Assembly (NCBI GenBank): GCA_965116215.1
Contig: OZ220494.1
Span: 384,841-448,840, forward strand
Source: Bdellovibrionales bacterium
Lineage (GTDB): Bacteria > Bdellovibrionota > Bdellovibrionia > Bdellovibrionales > JAKFYE01
Length of the DNA stretch: 64,000 nt
Direction: 5' to 3'
Positions 10,748-21,171 of this stretch are shown piece after piece. The notes beneath the pieces were generated by a model. It did not search any database, was not told the origin of the DNA, and saw only the letters and a program-made list of their open reading frames with translations. Made by a program: the position numbers and the translations under genes. How positions within the stretch are numbered: position 1 is the stretch's first letter; every line of letters begins with the position of its first letter.

Positions 10748-11740
10748 ATGTACGCATTTTTAGCTTTTTTAATAACAATGCATAGTGGCGAATTCGCTTT
10801 TGCACAGGTACAATTTTTTGAAACCAAATCCATTCAGCGTTTGCATATTATCGGGGTAAAGGCCAGAGTTCATATATTAGGAGACCAGGGTTCTCGATTA
10901 GAAGTTCGTATCTCTAGTCATGGGGGTGCAGACGACTTAGTTCCAAAAGCAGAGGTCAAAAATGGAGAAATATTTATTGAGGCCAAGGGGTTTCATACTA
11001 AAAAAAGCTGGGAAAAGGTGGTGTTCAGAGGAAAGAACGTACCTGATGTACAGATAAATATTAAAGGGCCGAGTTTACCTTTAAGAATTAATCTTTTAGA
11101 AGGTGATGTGGTATTAAAAAATTGGAAACATGATTTTTTAATTTCTCAAAAAAATGGAAAAATAAAATCCCTATCCAATAAGGGTGAGGGCAGTCTTCAT
11201 CTCGTGGAGGGACAAGTAGAGATGAGTTCTCATATAGGGAATATTAAGGCGGATTTATTTCGAGTTCAGGCCCGATATAATAAAGTTAAGGGAGAGATTT
11301 GGCATAAGTCTTTCAGTGGTGATGTGAATATCAATCATGCTTTGGGAACTGTCCATATGCAAGTGAATCAGGGTAAAGTGAATGTTATTGGAGGGAAAGG
11401 AAATACACACTTTGATCTTGGGGAGGCTGAGTTTCATTTTTCTAAACGCAGTGGGCTTCTAAAGGGGAAGAGCCTTCAGGGTACAATAAGGGCTATTTTA
11501 GATAGAGCTGTGAAAGTGTCGATTCAATCAAAAACTGGAGATGTGCTGCTTCAAGTTCCTCATACCAGTGCCGCCCGTGTGGATATTGGAACACAGGACG
11601 GGAAATTGGTTGTGCCTCAAGGATTACGTACTACAAAACGAGGTGTCTATGATATAGCTAGAGGGCGATTAAAGGGACAAGAGCCCGGACGTCTCTTTGT
11701 ACGTACAGAAACAGGAGGGATTACCTTAAAGCTTCTTTAA
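10748..11740 (+). CDS. secreted beta-helix-like protein (DUF4097/putative-adhesin-like)
   Basis: Signal peptide MYAFLAFLITMHSGEFAFA/Q. It has repetitive G-x-V/I strands (GDVVLKN, GQVEMSS, GDVNINH, GKVNVIG, GDVLLQV) and a ...ETGGITLKL ending, as in DUF4097 proteins. The family call is from memory. Confidence 0.5.
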   Translation: MYAFLAFLITMHSGEFAFAQVQFFETKSIQRLHIIGVKARVHILGDQGSRLEVRISSHGGADDLVPKAEVKNGEIFIEAKGFHTKKSWEKVVFRGKNVPDVQINIKGPSLPLRINLLEGDVVLKNWKHDFLISQKNGKIKSLSNKGEGSLHLVEGQVEMSSHIGNIKADLFRVQARYNKVKGEIWHKSFSGDVNINHALGTVHMQVNQGKVNVIGGKGNTHFDLGEAEFHFSKRSGLLKGKSLQGTIRAILDRAVKVSIQSKTGDVLLQVPHTSAARVDIGTQDGKLVVPQGLRTTKRGVYDIARGRLKGQEPGRLFVRTETGGITLKLL

Positions 11741-11801
11741 TTTTAATTGACACTGTCTTTTAAAAATTCAAAATGTGGCTTTCATTAAAAGGATATAGGA
11801 T

Positions 11802-12605
11802 ATGAAAAAAAAGAAATTCATGAAAAAGGTAAAAAAGAAAACAACTAAAAAATGGCTTTCATCAAAAAAGCCAAAATCGAAGAAAAAAGAGAAGGGGCAA
11901 AAAAAGAGTAAAAAAATATTAAGAAAAAAGTCTGCAAAAAAAGAGGGGACTAAGAAAAGGGCAGCGCAGTCAGCAACAACAAGATTGAGAAAAAAAACCT
12001 CTAAAAAGATGAAGGGGAAAGTATCAAAAAAGAAAACGAATAAGCGTAAAGCAAAGGAAAAGGCGAATAGGCTTCAAAATAAAAAAGAATCTAAGAAGAA
12101 GATATCTAAAAAAGTAAAAAGTTCACCTGTAGTTAAATCTAAGAAAAAATTAAAAACACAACCTATGCCTAAAGAAAAAAAGGCTTTGAGTAAAAAAGAG
12201 TTGATAGAGAGTATTCGCATTGCAGAAGATTATAACGATATTGAAGAAGTTGTTCTTACAGATGCTGAAGGTAACGTCCTCTGTAAGGTGAGAGATTGTG
12301 ATGAGATTGCTACAACTGAAGGATATTGTCGTTATCACTACTTGATGCATTGGAAAATGATTCAACGTCGGAGAGAGATTCTTAAAAGTGGAAAGCTCCA
12401 AGAGTATATTGATAATCTAACATCATATTTGCCAGATAAGTATATTAAACTTATGCGTAAAGATCTTTCTAATGAAAAGGATTTCATGATGGCTATTCAG
12501 CAATTAAATATTGATAATATATATTCAGGTGTTGATGATGACTCATTAGTTGATGAATCTCAGGATATAACCTCTCGTTCGACAAAAGAGAGTGATGACT
12601 ATTAA
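11802..12605 (+). CDS. Lys-rich (histone-H1-like tail) protein with C-terminal C-x4-C-x9-C-x2-H-Y zinc-finger-like motif
   Basis: The first ~130 aa are roughly half Lys (KKKKFMKKVKKKTTKK...). The C-terminal part contains CKVRDCDEIATTEGYCRYHY (nt 12282-12341). RBS-like AAAAGGATATAGGAT lies upstream. Confidence 0.7.
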   Translation: MKKKKFMKKVKKKTTKKWLSSKKPKSKKKEKGQKKSKKILRKKSAKKEGTKKRAAQSATTRLRKKTSKKMKGKVSKKKTNKRKAKEKANRLQNKKESKKKISKKVKSSPVVKSKKKLKTQPMPKEKKALSKKELIESIRIAEDYNDIEEVVLTDAEGNVLCKVRDCDEIATTEGYCRYHYLMHWKMIQRRREILKSGKLQEYIDNLTSYLPDKYIKLMRKDLSNEKDFMMAIQQLNIDNIYSGVDDDSLVDESQDITSRSTKESDDY

Positions 12606-12670
12606 TTTATTCTACATGCGTCTTTGATAAAATGTTAGGCATATATGAGCTTCAATAAAGGGTTTTACAA

Positions 12671-14023
12671 ATGATAAGAGAGCAAGAGAGTCGTGGTGTT
12701 TATATTTCTACATATGGCTGTCAGATGAATGTCCATGATTCAGAGAGAATGTATTCAATCCTTGAGATGTTTAATTACACACCAGTTCGTACACCAGAGG
12801 AGGCCTCTCTTATTATTATTAATTCTTGTAGCGTGCGTGAGAAACCTGTTCATAAAGTGCATTCTGAAATGGGGCGATATAGGAAGTTAAAATACAATAA
12901 TCCGTCTTTAAAAATTGGAGTGGGTGGCTGTGTTGGGCAACAAGAAAAAGATCGTCTTTTAAAAGATATACCGATATTAGATTTTGTATTTGGCCCAGAT
13001 AATATTGATACTCTTCCAAAGATTATTGCAAAAGTACAAAAACATAATGAACGAGTGGCTCATGCTAAGTTTGAGCATAATAAGCCTTATCAAATAGAGA
13101 CTTTAGTACGAAATCCTGGAATTTCAACATTTGTTAATATTACGAAGGGTTGTGATAATTTTTGTACTTTTTGTGTCGTTCCTTTTACAAGGGGGCGTTT
13201 AAGATCACGCCCCTTAAGGGAACTTGTTTCTGATGTCCAATCGCTTGTTCGAAGAAATGTCAAAGAAGTGACATTGTTAGGTCAAAATGTTAACTCCTAT
13301 CTGTCGGACTGTGGAGCTGATTTTTCTGATCTTTTAAGGATATTATGTGAAGACACAAATATTCAACGCATTCGATATACAACAAGCCATCCTAAAGACT
13401 TTGATCAAAAGCTTATAGATATTAGTGCTCAATATAGGGTTAAGATCTGTGATTATGTCCATCTTCCTGTGCAATCTGGAAACTCTCGTATTTTAAATAT
13501 GATGAATCGTGGCTATACTCGGGAGGACTATATTTATAAAGCAAAGATGATTTTAGAAGGTATTCCTGGGGTTTCTTTTTCAACTGATATTATTGTTGGA
13601 TTTCCAGGGGAAACAGAATGTGAATTTGAAGATACAATGACTCTTCTTGATGAAGTACCCTATGAATCTCTCTTTGCTTTTAAATATAGTCCCAGACCTT
13701 ACACGAAGGCAGCTCGTTATAAAGATCAAATTGAAGAGGTGGAAAAGCAGCGGAGACTAGCTGCACTTTTTAAAAAGCATAGAGAGATATCTTTCAAGTT
13801 GGCAAAATGTTATGAAAATAAGGTATTAGAAGTACTTGTTGAGAAAGTGGATAAAAATAATCCCTATGTTGTTATAGGGCGTTCTACACAAAATAAAGTT
13901 GTTTATTTTTCAGGCTCATCTGTAGATATTGGAAAAACTTTGCCTGTGCGTGTTCTTAAAGCTTTCCCACAAACTCTTCGTGGGGAGAGGGTGGATACTC
14001 GTGCCGTTGATTCAGTCTCTTAA
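12671..14023 (+). CDS. miaB: tRNA-2-methylthio-N6-dimethylallyladenosine synthase
   Basis: N-terminal YISTYGCQMNVHDSE, a radical-SAM CDNFCTFC cluster motif, and a C-terminal TRAM-like domain. 450 aa. Confidence 0.92.
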   Translation: MIREQESRGVYISTYGCQMNVHDSERMYSILEMFNYTPVRTPEEASLIIINSCSVREKPVHKVHSEMGRYRKLKYNNPSLKIGVGGCVGQQEKDRLLKDIPILDFVFGPDNIDTLPKIIAKVQKHNERVAHAKFEHNKPYQIETLVRNPGISTFVNITKGCDNFCTFCVVPFTRGRLRSRPLRELVSDVQSLVRRNVKEVTLLGQNVNSYLSDCGADFSDLLRILCEDTNIQRIRYTTSHPKDFDQKLIDISAQYRVKICDYVHLPVQSGNSRILNMMNRGYTREDYIYKAKMILEGIPGVSFSTDIIVGFPGETECEFEDTMTLLDEVPYESLFAFKYSPRPYTKAARYKDQIEEVEKQRRLAALFKKHREISFKLAKCYENKVLEVLVEKVDKNNPYVVIGRSTQNKVVYFSGSSVDIGKTLPVRVLKAFPQTLRGERVDTRAVDSVS

Positions 14024-14525
14024 TGGTAAGACACCATGTTTAGGAAGGGATGTATTTTTAGCCTCTGGCGTAAAGTTAGTTGGGGATATAGAGATTGGTG
14101 AGAAATCGTCTATTTGGTTTAACTCAGTTTTAAGGGGAGATGTTTATAAAATTAGAATAGGAAACGAAACAAATGTACAAGATGGGTCAATTATCCATGG
14201 AACATTTGGAAGATGTGGTACATCCTTAGGCAATTGTGTGACTATTGGTCATGGTGTCATTCTACATGGATGTACAGTAGATTCTGAATCTCTTATAGGG
14301 ATGGGGTCTATCATAATGGACGAAGTACACATTAGATCTCATTCTATAGTGGGAGCTGGTAGTTTAGTGACTCAAAATCAAAAATTTGATGAGGGAGTCT
14401 TAATTATGGGGCGGCCTGCAAAAGTTATAAGAAAATTGAACGCAAAAGAGTTGAGTTTTTTAAAGCAATCTGCAGATAATTATGTCAATTATACAAAGTG
14501 GTATAAAGATGAAGGATTAAAATGA
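14001..14525 (+). CDS. gamma-carbonic-anhydrase-like / hexapeptide-repeat (LbH) protein
   Basis: Pattern typical of the YrdA/PaaY family: GKTPCLGRDVFLASGVKLVGDIEIGEKSSIWFNSVLRGD...GHGVILHGC. The start is uncertain: I chose the in-frame GTG at 14001, and the ATG at 13929 would overlap miaB by 95 nt. The stop overlaps the guaB ATG (ATGA). Confidence 0.75.
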   Translation: MPLIQSLNGKTPCLGRDVFLASGVKLVGDIEIGEKSSIWFNSVLRGDVYKIRIGNETNVQDGSIIHGTFGRCGTSLGNCVTIGHGVILHGCTVDSESLIGMGSIIMDEVHIRSHSIVGAGSLVTQNQKFDEGVLIMGRPAKVIRKLNAKELSFLKQSADNYVNYTKWYKDEGLK

Positions 14526-15979
14526 AAGAATTTAGAAGAGCTTTGACTTTTGATGATATTCTTTTGGTTCCTAAATACTCTGAACTTGTTCCTTCAGATA
14601 TTTGTACAGATATTCATTTTGCTAGAGATGTGCGACTGAGAATGCCCATTTTGTCTTCGGCAATGGATACAGTTACAGAAAGTAAAATAGCGATTGTTAT
14701 GGCACAAAATGGTGGAGCAGGTGTGATTCATAAAAATATGTCTATTGACTCTCAAGTTCTTGAAGTTGAAAAAGTGAAAAAGTACGAAAGTGGTTTGATT
14801 CTAGACCCGATCACTTTAGATCCTAAACAGCCTGTTTCTAAGGCTTTAAAATTGATGAAACAATATGCTATTAGTGGTGTGCCTATTACAGTGGAAGGAA
14901 AATTGGTGGGGATACTTACAAATAGAGATCTACGTTTTGAAACAAATATTGATCAAACAATTGAAACTTTAATGACAAAGGAGAATCTTGTAACAGCTCA
15001 TGCAGGAATTACTTTACTTGAGGCAAAAGAAATTCTTCAAAAGAATAGAATAGAAAAACTTCCTGTTGTGGATAAAAAGGGAATGTTGAAGGGTTTGATT
15101 ACAATTAAAGATATAGAAAAGGCTCAGGCATTTCCGCAGGCCACTAAAGATGCTCATGGAAGATTATTTGTAGGGGCGGCTGTTGGTGTTTCTGATCAGT
15201 CTATAGAGAGAGTTGAGGCCTTAATAGCCTCTGGTGTTGATATGGTTGTTGTTGATACGGCTCATGGGCATTCAAAAAATGTTTTAGATATTATAGAGGT
15301 AGTTTCTAAAAAACACCCTGAAGTGATTATTGTTGGAGGGAATGTTGTAACTGCTGAAGCCACAGAAGCATTGATAAAAAAAGGAGTAGATGTTGTTAAG
15401 GTGGGCTTGGGGCCTGGATCAATTTGCACAACTCGTGTTGTCGCCGGAGTGGGTGTTCCTCAGATTACGGCAATTGTTGATTGTTGTACGGTCGCTCGTA
15501 AATATAAAAAATCTGTTATAGCAGATGGTGGGATTAAGTTCTCTGGGGATATTGTTAAGGCATTGGCTCTTGGAGCTGATACAGTAATGGTGGGTAATTT
15601 GTTGGCCGGAACAGATGAATCCCCTGGTGAAATGATCCTCTATCAAGGCAGGGCCTATAAAGTGTATAGAGGAATGGGAAGCTTGGGAGCTATGATTAAG
15701 GGTTCAAAAGATCGTTACCTACAGAGTGATGTTTCAGAATTTGATAAATTTATTCCAGAGGGGATTGAGGGACGTGTTCCCTACAAGGGATCTGCAAGTG
15801 GTGTCCTTCATCAGCTTTTAGGAGGTTTAAAGTCAGGTATGGGTTATCTTGGAGCAAGTTCAGTGTCCGACTTACAATCTCGTGCAGACTTTGTTCAAGT
15901 CAGTCCTTTTGGTCTTCAGGAATCTCATGTTCACGATGTTAACATTACAAAAGAGGCTCCAAATTATCGATTAGATTAG
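14522..15979 (+). CDS. guaB: IMP dehydrogenase (with CBS pair)
   Basis: [23 protein letters not shown], a CBS subdomain (ISGVPIT...LTNRDL), the catalytic loop [11 protein letters not shown], and [17 protein letters not shown]. 485 aa. Confidence 0.95.
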   Translation: MKEFRRALTFDDILLVPKYSELVPSDICTDIHFARDVRLRMPILSSAMDTVTESKIAIVMAQNGGAGVIHKNMSIDSQVLEVEKVKKYESGLILDPITLDPKQPVSKALKLMKQYAISGVPITVEGKLVGILTNRDLRFETNIDQTIETLMTKENLVTAHAGITLLEAKEILQKNRIEKLPVVDKKGMLKGLITIKDIEKAQAFPQATKDAHGRLFVGAAVGVSDQSIERVEALIASGVDMVVVDTAHGHSKNVLDIIEVVSKKHPEVIIVGGNVVTAEATEALIKKGVDVVKVGLGPGSICTTRVVAGVGVPQITAIVDCCTVARKYKKSVIADGGIKFSGDIVKALALGADTVMVGNLLAGTDESPGEMILYQGRAYKVYRGMGSLGAMIKGSKDRYLQSDVSEFDKFIPEGIEGRVPYKGSASGVLHQLLGGLKSGMGYLGASSVSDLQSRADFVQVSPFGLQESHVHDVNITKEAPNYRLD

Positions 15980-16046
15980 TGTGTATTTGAACCAGTTAGT
16001 TTCAATTTGTAGATAAATGAGAATCATACGTTAGAGGTTTAATATT

Positions 16047-17573
16047 TTGGAAAAGGCTGGAATTCATATCCTTGATTTTGGCTCTCAATTTACACAATTG
16101 ATTGTAAGGCGTCTTAGGGAATTGGGTATATACTGTGAAGTTCATCCTTTTGATATTTCTCTAAAAGATTTAAAGATAAAAAAACCTGATGGTTTGATAT
16201 TAAGCGGGGGACCTAATTCTGTCTTTAAAGGAAGTGCTCCTCAGAGAGATCTTAAGGAACTGGCCGAGATAGCCCCTCTTTTAGGTATTTGTTATGGGAT
16301 GCAATTAATTACTCAGCAATGGGGTGGAGTGGTTGAGAGATCTGATTGTGGAGAGTATGGGTTGAATCATATTCATTGGAAAGAACCCTTAAAAGATGTC
16401 CCTAGAGATCAAAAAGTTTGGATGAGTCATGGAGACCATGTTAAAGTTGTTCCCTTTGGTTTTAAGGTAATGGCTGTATCTGAAAAATCGATTCCCACAG
16501 CTATTCGACTAGGGTCTGTATGGGCCCTTCAATTTCATCCAGAGGTTTCTCATACAGATTGTGGTTTAAATGTGCTTAAATCCTTTGTCTTTGACTGTTG
16601 TGGGGCTCAAGATCATTGGAAAAAAGGCTATATAGTTGATGATATTTTAGAAGATATAAAAAAAAGTATTCCTAAGAAAGAAAGTGTTCTTTGTGCGTTA
16701 AGTGGGGGAGTGGATTCGACAGTTGTTGGAACACTTTTAACTCGAGCTTTGGGTCATGAACGTGTTCATTGTCTATTTATAAATAATGGACTACTGAGGC
16801 AAGAGGAGTTTGAAGATGTGTTAGAGTCTTATGGGGACTTGGGATTAAATGTAAAGGGTATTGATGCTACAGAAAAGTTTATTGCTGCCCTGAGAGGGGA
16901 GTCGAATCCTGAGAAGAAAAGAAAAATTATTGGTCGAGTTTTTATTGAAGTTTTTGAAGATGCTGTAAAGTCATTTAAAGATATTAAGTGGTTAGCGCAA
17001 GGAACGCTTTATCCAGATGTGATTGAAAGCCTTTCTCCAAATGGTGTATCGGTAACGATAAAATCTCATCATAATGTGGGAGGACTTCCTAAGAAAATGG
17101 GTTTTAAATTGATAGAACCGTTAAGAGAGTTCTTTAAGGATGAAGTTAGAGATTTAGGAAAAAAATTAAATCTTCCAAAGGCTATTCTCTCTCGACATCC
17201 TTTTCCGGGCCCTGGTCTTGCTATTCGTATTATAGGGGAAGTCACAGAAAGAGATTTAGAAATATTGAGAAGATGTGACGCTATTTATATTGATGAATTA
17301 AAATCATCTGGTCTTTATAATAAAATTTGGCAAGCCCTTTCGGTATTACTTCCTGTTAAAACAGTAGGTGTTCAGGGTGATTCTAGGACGTATTCTAGAT
17401 CTTTAGTCATTCGGGCTGTGTCTTCAGAGGATGGGATGACGGCAGATTGGTTTCATTTTGAACCCGATTTTTTAAAGCGATTGTCCAATCGTATAACAAA
17501 TGAAGTACTGGAGATTAATCGTATTGTTTATGATATTACAAGTAAGCCTCCTAGTACAATAGAGTGGGAATAA
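16047..17573 (+). CDS. guaA: GMP synthase (glutamine-hydrolysing)
   Basis: TTG start. GATase domain (ILDFGSQFTQLIVRRLRE, GICYGMQ, QFHPE), ATP-PPase SGGVDS motif, and the C-terminal ...PPSTIEWE typical of GuaA. Confidence 0.95.
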   Translation: MEKAGIHILDFGSQFTQLIVRRLRELGIYCEVHPFDISLKDLKIKKPDGLILSGGPNSVFKGSAPQRDLKELAEIAPLLGICYGMQLITQQWGGVVERSDCGEYGLNHIHWKEPLKDVPRDQKVWMSHGDHVKVVPFGFKVMAVSEKSIPTAIRLGSVWALQFHPEVSHTDCGLNVLKSFVFDCCGAQDHWKKGYIVDDILEDIKKSIPKKESVLCALSGGVDSTVVGTLLTRALGHERVHCLFINNGLLRQEEFEDVLESYGDLGLNVKGIDATEKFIAALRGESNPEKKRKIIGRVFIEVFEDAVKSFKDIKWLAQGTLYPDVIESLSPNGVSVTIKSHHNVGGLPKKMGFKLIEPLREFFKDEVRDLGKKLNLPKAILSRHPFPGPGLAIRIIGEVTERDLEILRRCDAIYIDELKSSGLYNKIWQALSVLLPVKTVGVQGDSRTYSRSLVIRAVSSEDGMTADWFHFEPDFLKRLSNRITNEVLEINRIVYDITSKPPSTIEWE

Positions 17574-17576
17574 AAT

Positions 17577-20500
17577 ATGTCATTTGTTCATTTGCATACA
17601 CATTCACAATATTCTTTATTGGAATCTTCAACATCTTCTCAAGATATGGCCAAGATGGCATTTGAGGATAAAATGCCTGCTTTAGCATTGACGGATAATG
17701 GAAATATGTTTGGTGCTATAGAACATTATTTTGCATGTAAAGATTTAGGAATAAATCCCATTTTAGGAATAGATGTTTATCTTGCCCCTAATGGGCGACA
17801 TAAAAAAGAAAGAGGGACAAATACTCGTCTTGTCTTACTTGCAGAAAATTTTAAAGGGTATCAGAATTTATGTAAGATCAGCTCCATTGGATATAAAGAG
17901 GGATTTTATTATAAACCGCGCATCGATATGGATGTTTTAAAGGAAAATAATGAAAATATTATTGCTTTAACTGGCAGTTTATATGGTGTTGTGCCATGGA
18001 CTGTTTCTCAAAAAGGAGAGGATGCTGCTTTACAAAAAATAAGAGAACTTAAAGATATTTTTCATGAAGGTTTATATTTAGAAATATGTCGTACAGGTCT
18101 TCCTCAGTTGGAGAGTATTAATCGTTTTTTAGTAGAGGCTTCAAAAATAACGTCAACACCCTTGGTGGCAACAAATGATGTTCATTATCTTGAATCAGAA
18201 GATTTCTTGGCTCAAGAAGTTATGATTTGTATTGGAACAAATAAGACTCTTCAGGATGAAAAACGAAAAACGTTAGGATCAAAAGAGTTCTTTTTTAAAA
18301 AAACAAAACAAATGAAGAGTTTATTTAAAGATATTCCAGAAACTATAGAAAATACTTTAAAAATCGCAGATCAAATAAATATTGAATTTCAACTAAAAGA
18401 TTCTCATGGAAAGCCTATATATCATCTGCCCAGTTACCCAATATCTAAAGGCGAAACTCTTAAAGCGGCAATGAAAAGACATTCAGAAGAGGGATTAGAG
18501 TTACGATTTAAAGAGCATCAGTTGTGTGGGGAAGGGGTTACAAAGGAAAGGAAACAAGAGTATTTTAAGAGATTAGAGTATGAACTAGAGACCATTCATA
18601 GAATGGGATTTGATGGTTATTTTTTAATTGTTCAAGATTTTATTAAATGGGCTAAGCAGTGTGAGATTCCGGTTGGTCCAGGTCGAGGTTCAGGGGCAGG
18701 AAGTCTTGTTGCTTATTCGCTTCAAATTACAGATTTAGATCCTATGCTTCATGGTCTCATTTTTGAGAGATTTTTAAATCCAGAGCGTTTAAGTATGCCT
18801 GATTTTGATATTGATTTTTGTCAAGAGCGTCGACATGAGGTGATTGAATATGTAACTCAAAAATATGGAGAAGAGTGTGTTTCTCAAATCATCACTTTTG
18901 GAAAGTTACAAGCTAGAGCTGCGATTCGAGATATAGGAAGAGTGATGGGGATGATCTTTAGTGAGGTTGATGTGGTTGCAAAGCTGATCCCTGATAAATT
19001 AGGGATTTCTTTAAAAGAGGCGATACAAATGGAGCCACGGTTAACCCAGCTCATGGAAAAAAAACCACAAATTCATTCATTGATGGAATTAGCTCAAAAG
19101 ATTGAAGGTCTTGTTCGACATGCCAGTATTCATGCTGCTGGAGTAATAATTTCTAATAAACCTCTTGTTGAACATGCGCCTCTTTATAAAGGAAATGAGA
19201 ACGAAAATGTTATTCAATTTGATATGAAGATTGCAGAAAAGATAGGTCTTATAAAATTTGATTTTTTAGGTTTAAAAACATTGACCCTTATTAAGGATGC
19301 ACTGTCTTTAATTAAAAGAAATAGAAAAAAAGAGATTCGCATTCAAGATATTTCAATTAATGATTCCTCTATTTATGAATTAATGAGCCGTGGAGATACA
19401 GCGGGTATTTTTCAGTTTGAAAGTGAGGGAATGTCGGAACTTATTAGTAGAGTACAGCCAACATGTTTCAATGATATCACGGCTATCAATGCTCTTTATA
19501 GGCCGGGTCCAATGCAAATGCTGGATGAATATATTGGGAGAAAAAATGGTAAGATAAAAATTTCTTATCCTTTTAAAGAGTTAGAGGATATTCTTAAAGA
19601 AACATATGGGATTATTGTTTATCAAGAGCAAGTTCAGTTTATTGCTGCAAAGATTGCAAATTATTCTCTTGCTGAGGCTGATGTTTTAAGAAGAGCTATG
19701 AGTAAGAAAATTGCAAAAGAAATGAAAAAACAAAGGAGTCGATTTCTAGAGGGAGCTGAAGAGAATCATTTTGATAGAAAGAAAACAGAAAATCTTTTTG
19801 AATTGATGGAAAAATTTGCTCAATATGGATTTAACAAATCCCATGCAGCTGCTTATTGTGTTGTTGCTGCACAGACAGCTTGGTTAAAGGCCCATTATCC
19901 TGTAGAATTTTATGCTGCTTTATTGAGTACAGAGATTTCAAATACAGATAAAATTGTAAAATATATTAAAGATGTTCGTGCTCATAATATTGAAGTCAAA
20001 TCACCACATATTAATTTTTCTGAATTTAAGTTTTCTGTAGATTCTGATCGATTATTTTTTGGCCTAGGTGCTATTAAAGGTGTTGGAGAGTCCGCTGTTG
20101 AGGCTATCCTTGAGGCTCGTGCAGAAAAAAAGGACAATAAATTTATGAGCCTTCAGGATTTTTTTGAAAGTGTGGATTTAAGACGAGTGAATAAGAGAGC
20201 AGTAGAAGCTTTAATTAAAGCTGGAGCTATGGATGGCTTTGATCTGACACGCGCAGAGCTATTTAATGGATATTCTTATTTTATAAAATATTCTGAAATT
20301 AAAAGACATAATAGAGAAATAGGTCAGACCAGTTTATTTTCAGAAGGAGATGAGGATAAAGTAGAAATTCCTATTTCTAAAAAATTATGGACAAAATCAG
20401 AATGTCTTAAGTTTGAAAAAGAAGTTTTAGGTTTTTATCTTAGCGATCATCCTCTTAAGGGTTTTGAAAGTCTCTTAACTTCTTCAACAGCAAGTGTTCT

Positions 20501-21086
20501 CTTGGATTCTTCAACAGCAAGTGTTTTTGTTTCTATTGAAGAGCTGAACAAAAAAGAGAGAACTTTATCGGTTATGGTTAGTGGTGTAGTGACTTCAAAA
20601 AGAGAGCTTGTGACTCGAAAGGGAACTCGAATGGCCTTTGTTCAATTAGAAGATCTTTCAGGGAGCTTAGAATTAGTTTTATTTCCTGATATTTTTGAAA
20701 AATATGAAAAAAAATTGAACTCAGATGAAGTTTTTTTAGTGAGTGGTACTTTTAAAAAAGAAAATCAAAATAGAAAATTGATTGTTGAGGAGATGGAAAC
20801 CTTAGAGGATCAACTTGTAAAGACAACAAAGAAAAAAGCCTATATGGAGTTTCGAATGGATGGAGAGTTGACAAAAAATATCTCTCTACTGCAATCCATT
20901 CTTAAAGATCATCCAGGAGAAACAAAGGTCAAATTATCTTTACTTTTAGATGATTTAGAAAATATCAAGGGAAAGCGGGTTGTTATAGGAATAAATAACC
21001 CTGAGGGAATTCGACCTTCAAAGGCATTTTTTGAACACTTACAGATGAAATTAGGGCGAACTGATTTTATTCATCTTGTCAGTTAA
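17577..21086 (+). CDS. dnaE: DNA polymerase III alpha subunit
   Basis: PHP-domain start FVHLHTHSQYSLLES. Polymerase core motifs: GPGRGSGAGSLVAYSL, PDFDIDF, YRPGPM and FNKSHAAAY. A C-terminal OB-fold region follows. 1169 aa. Confidence 0.95.
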   Translation: MSFVHLHTHSQYSLLESSTSSQDMAKMAFEDKMPALALTDNGNMFGAIEHYFACKDLGINPILGIDVYLAPNGRHKKERGTNTRLVLLAENFKGYQNLCKISSIGYKEGFYYKPRIDMDVLKENNENIIALTGSLYGVVPWTVSQKGEDAALQKIRELKDIFHEGLYLEICRTGLPQLESINRFLVEASKITSTPLVATNDVHYLESEDFLAQEVMICIGTNKTLQDEKRKTLGSKEFFFKKTKQMKSLFKDIPETIENTLKIADQINIEFQLKDSHGKPIYHLPSYPISKGETLKAAMKRHSEEGLELRFKEHQLCGEGVTKERKQEYFKRLEYELETIHRMGFDGYFLIVQDFIKWAKQCEIPVGPGRGSGAGSLVAYSLQITDLDPMLHGLIFERFLNPERLSMPDFDIDFCQERRHEVIEYVTQKYGEECVSQIITFGKLQARAAIRDIGRVMGMIFSEVDVVAKLIPDKLGISLKEAIQMEPRLTQLMEKKPQIHSLMELAQKIEGLVRHASIHAAGVIISNKPLVEHAPLYKGNENENVIQFDMKIAEKIGLIKFDFLGLKTLTLIKDALSLIKRNRKKEIRIQDISINDSSIYELMSRGDTAGIFQFESEGMSELISRVQPTCFNDITAINALYRPGPMQMLDEYIGRKNGKIKISYPFKELEDILKETYGIIVYQEQVQFIAAKIANYSLAEADVLRRAMSKKIAKEMKKQRSRFLEGAEENHFDRKKTENLFELMEKFAQYGFNKSHAAAYCVVAAQTAWLKAHYPVEFYAALLSTEISNTDKIVKYIKDVRAHNIEVKSPHINFSEFKFSVDSDRLFFGLGAIKGVGESAVEAILEARAEKKDNKFMSLQDFFESVDLRRVNKRAVEALIKAGAMDGFDLTRAELFNGYSYFIKYSEIKRHNREIGQTSLFSEGDEDKVEIPISKKLWTKSECLKFEKEVLGFYLSDHPLKGFESLLTSSTASVLLDSSTASVFVSIEELNKKERTLSVMVSGVVTSKRELVTRKGTRMAFVQLEDLSGSLELVLFPDIFEKYEKKLNSDEVFLVSGTFKKENQNRKLIVEEMETLEDQLVKTTKKKAYMEFRMDGELTKNISLLQSILKDHPGETKVKLSLLLDDLENIKGKRVVIGINNPEGIRPSKAFFEHLQMKLGRTDFIHLVS
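20481..20525 (+). repeat. 18-bp perfect direct repeat (period 27 nt) inside dnaE
   Basis: tcttcaacagcaagtgtt occurs at 20481-20498 and again at 20508-20525. This gives an in-frame SSTASVLLD / SSTASVFVS duplication. Confidence 0.9.
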
Positions 21087-21171
21087 AAACTTTTATAAGA
21101 TATAAAATGGGTATTGGATTATTATAATAATGAGATAGTACAAAGGTTTTGAATATGAGGTGTGTGTTTTG

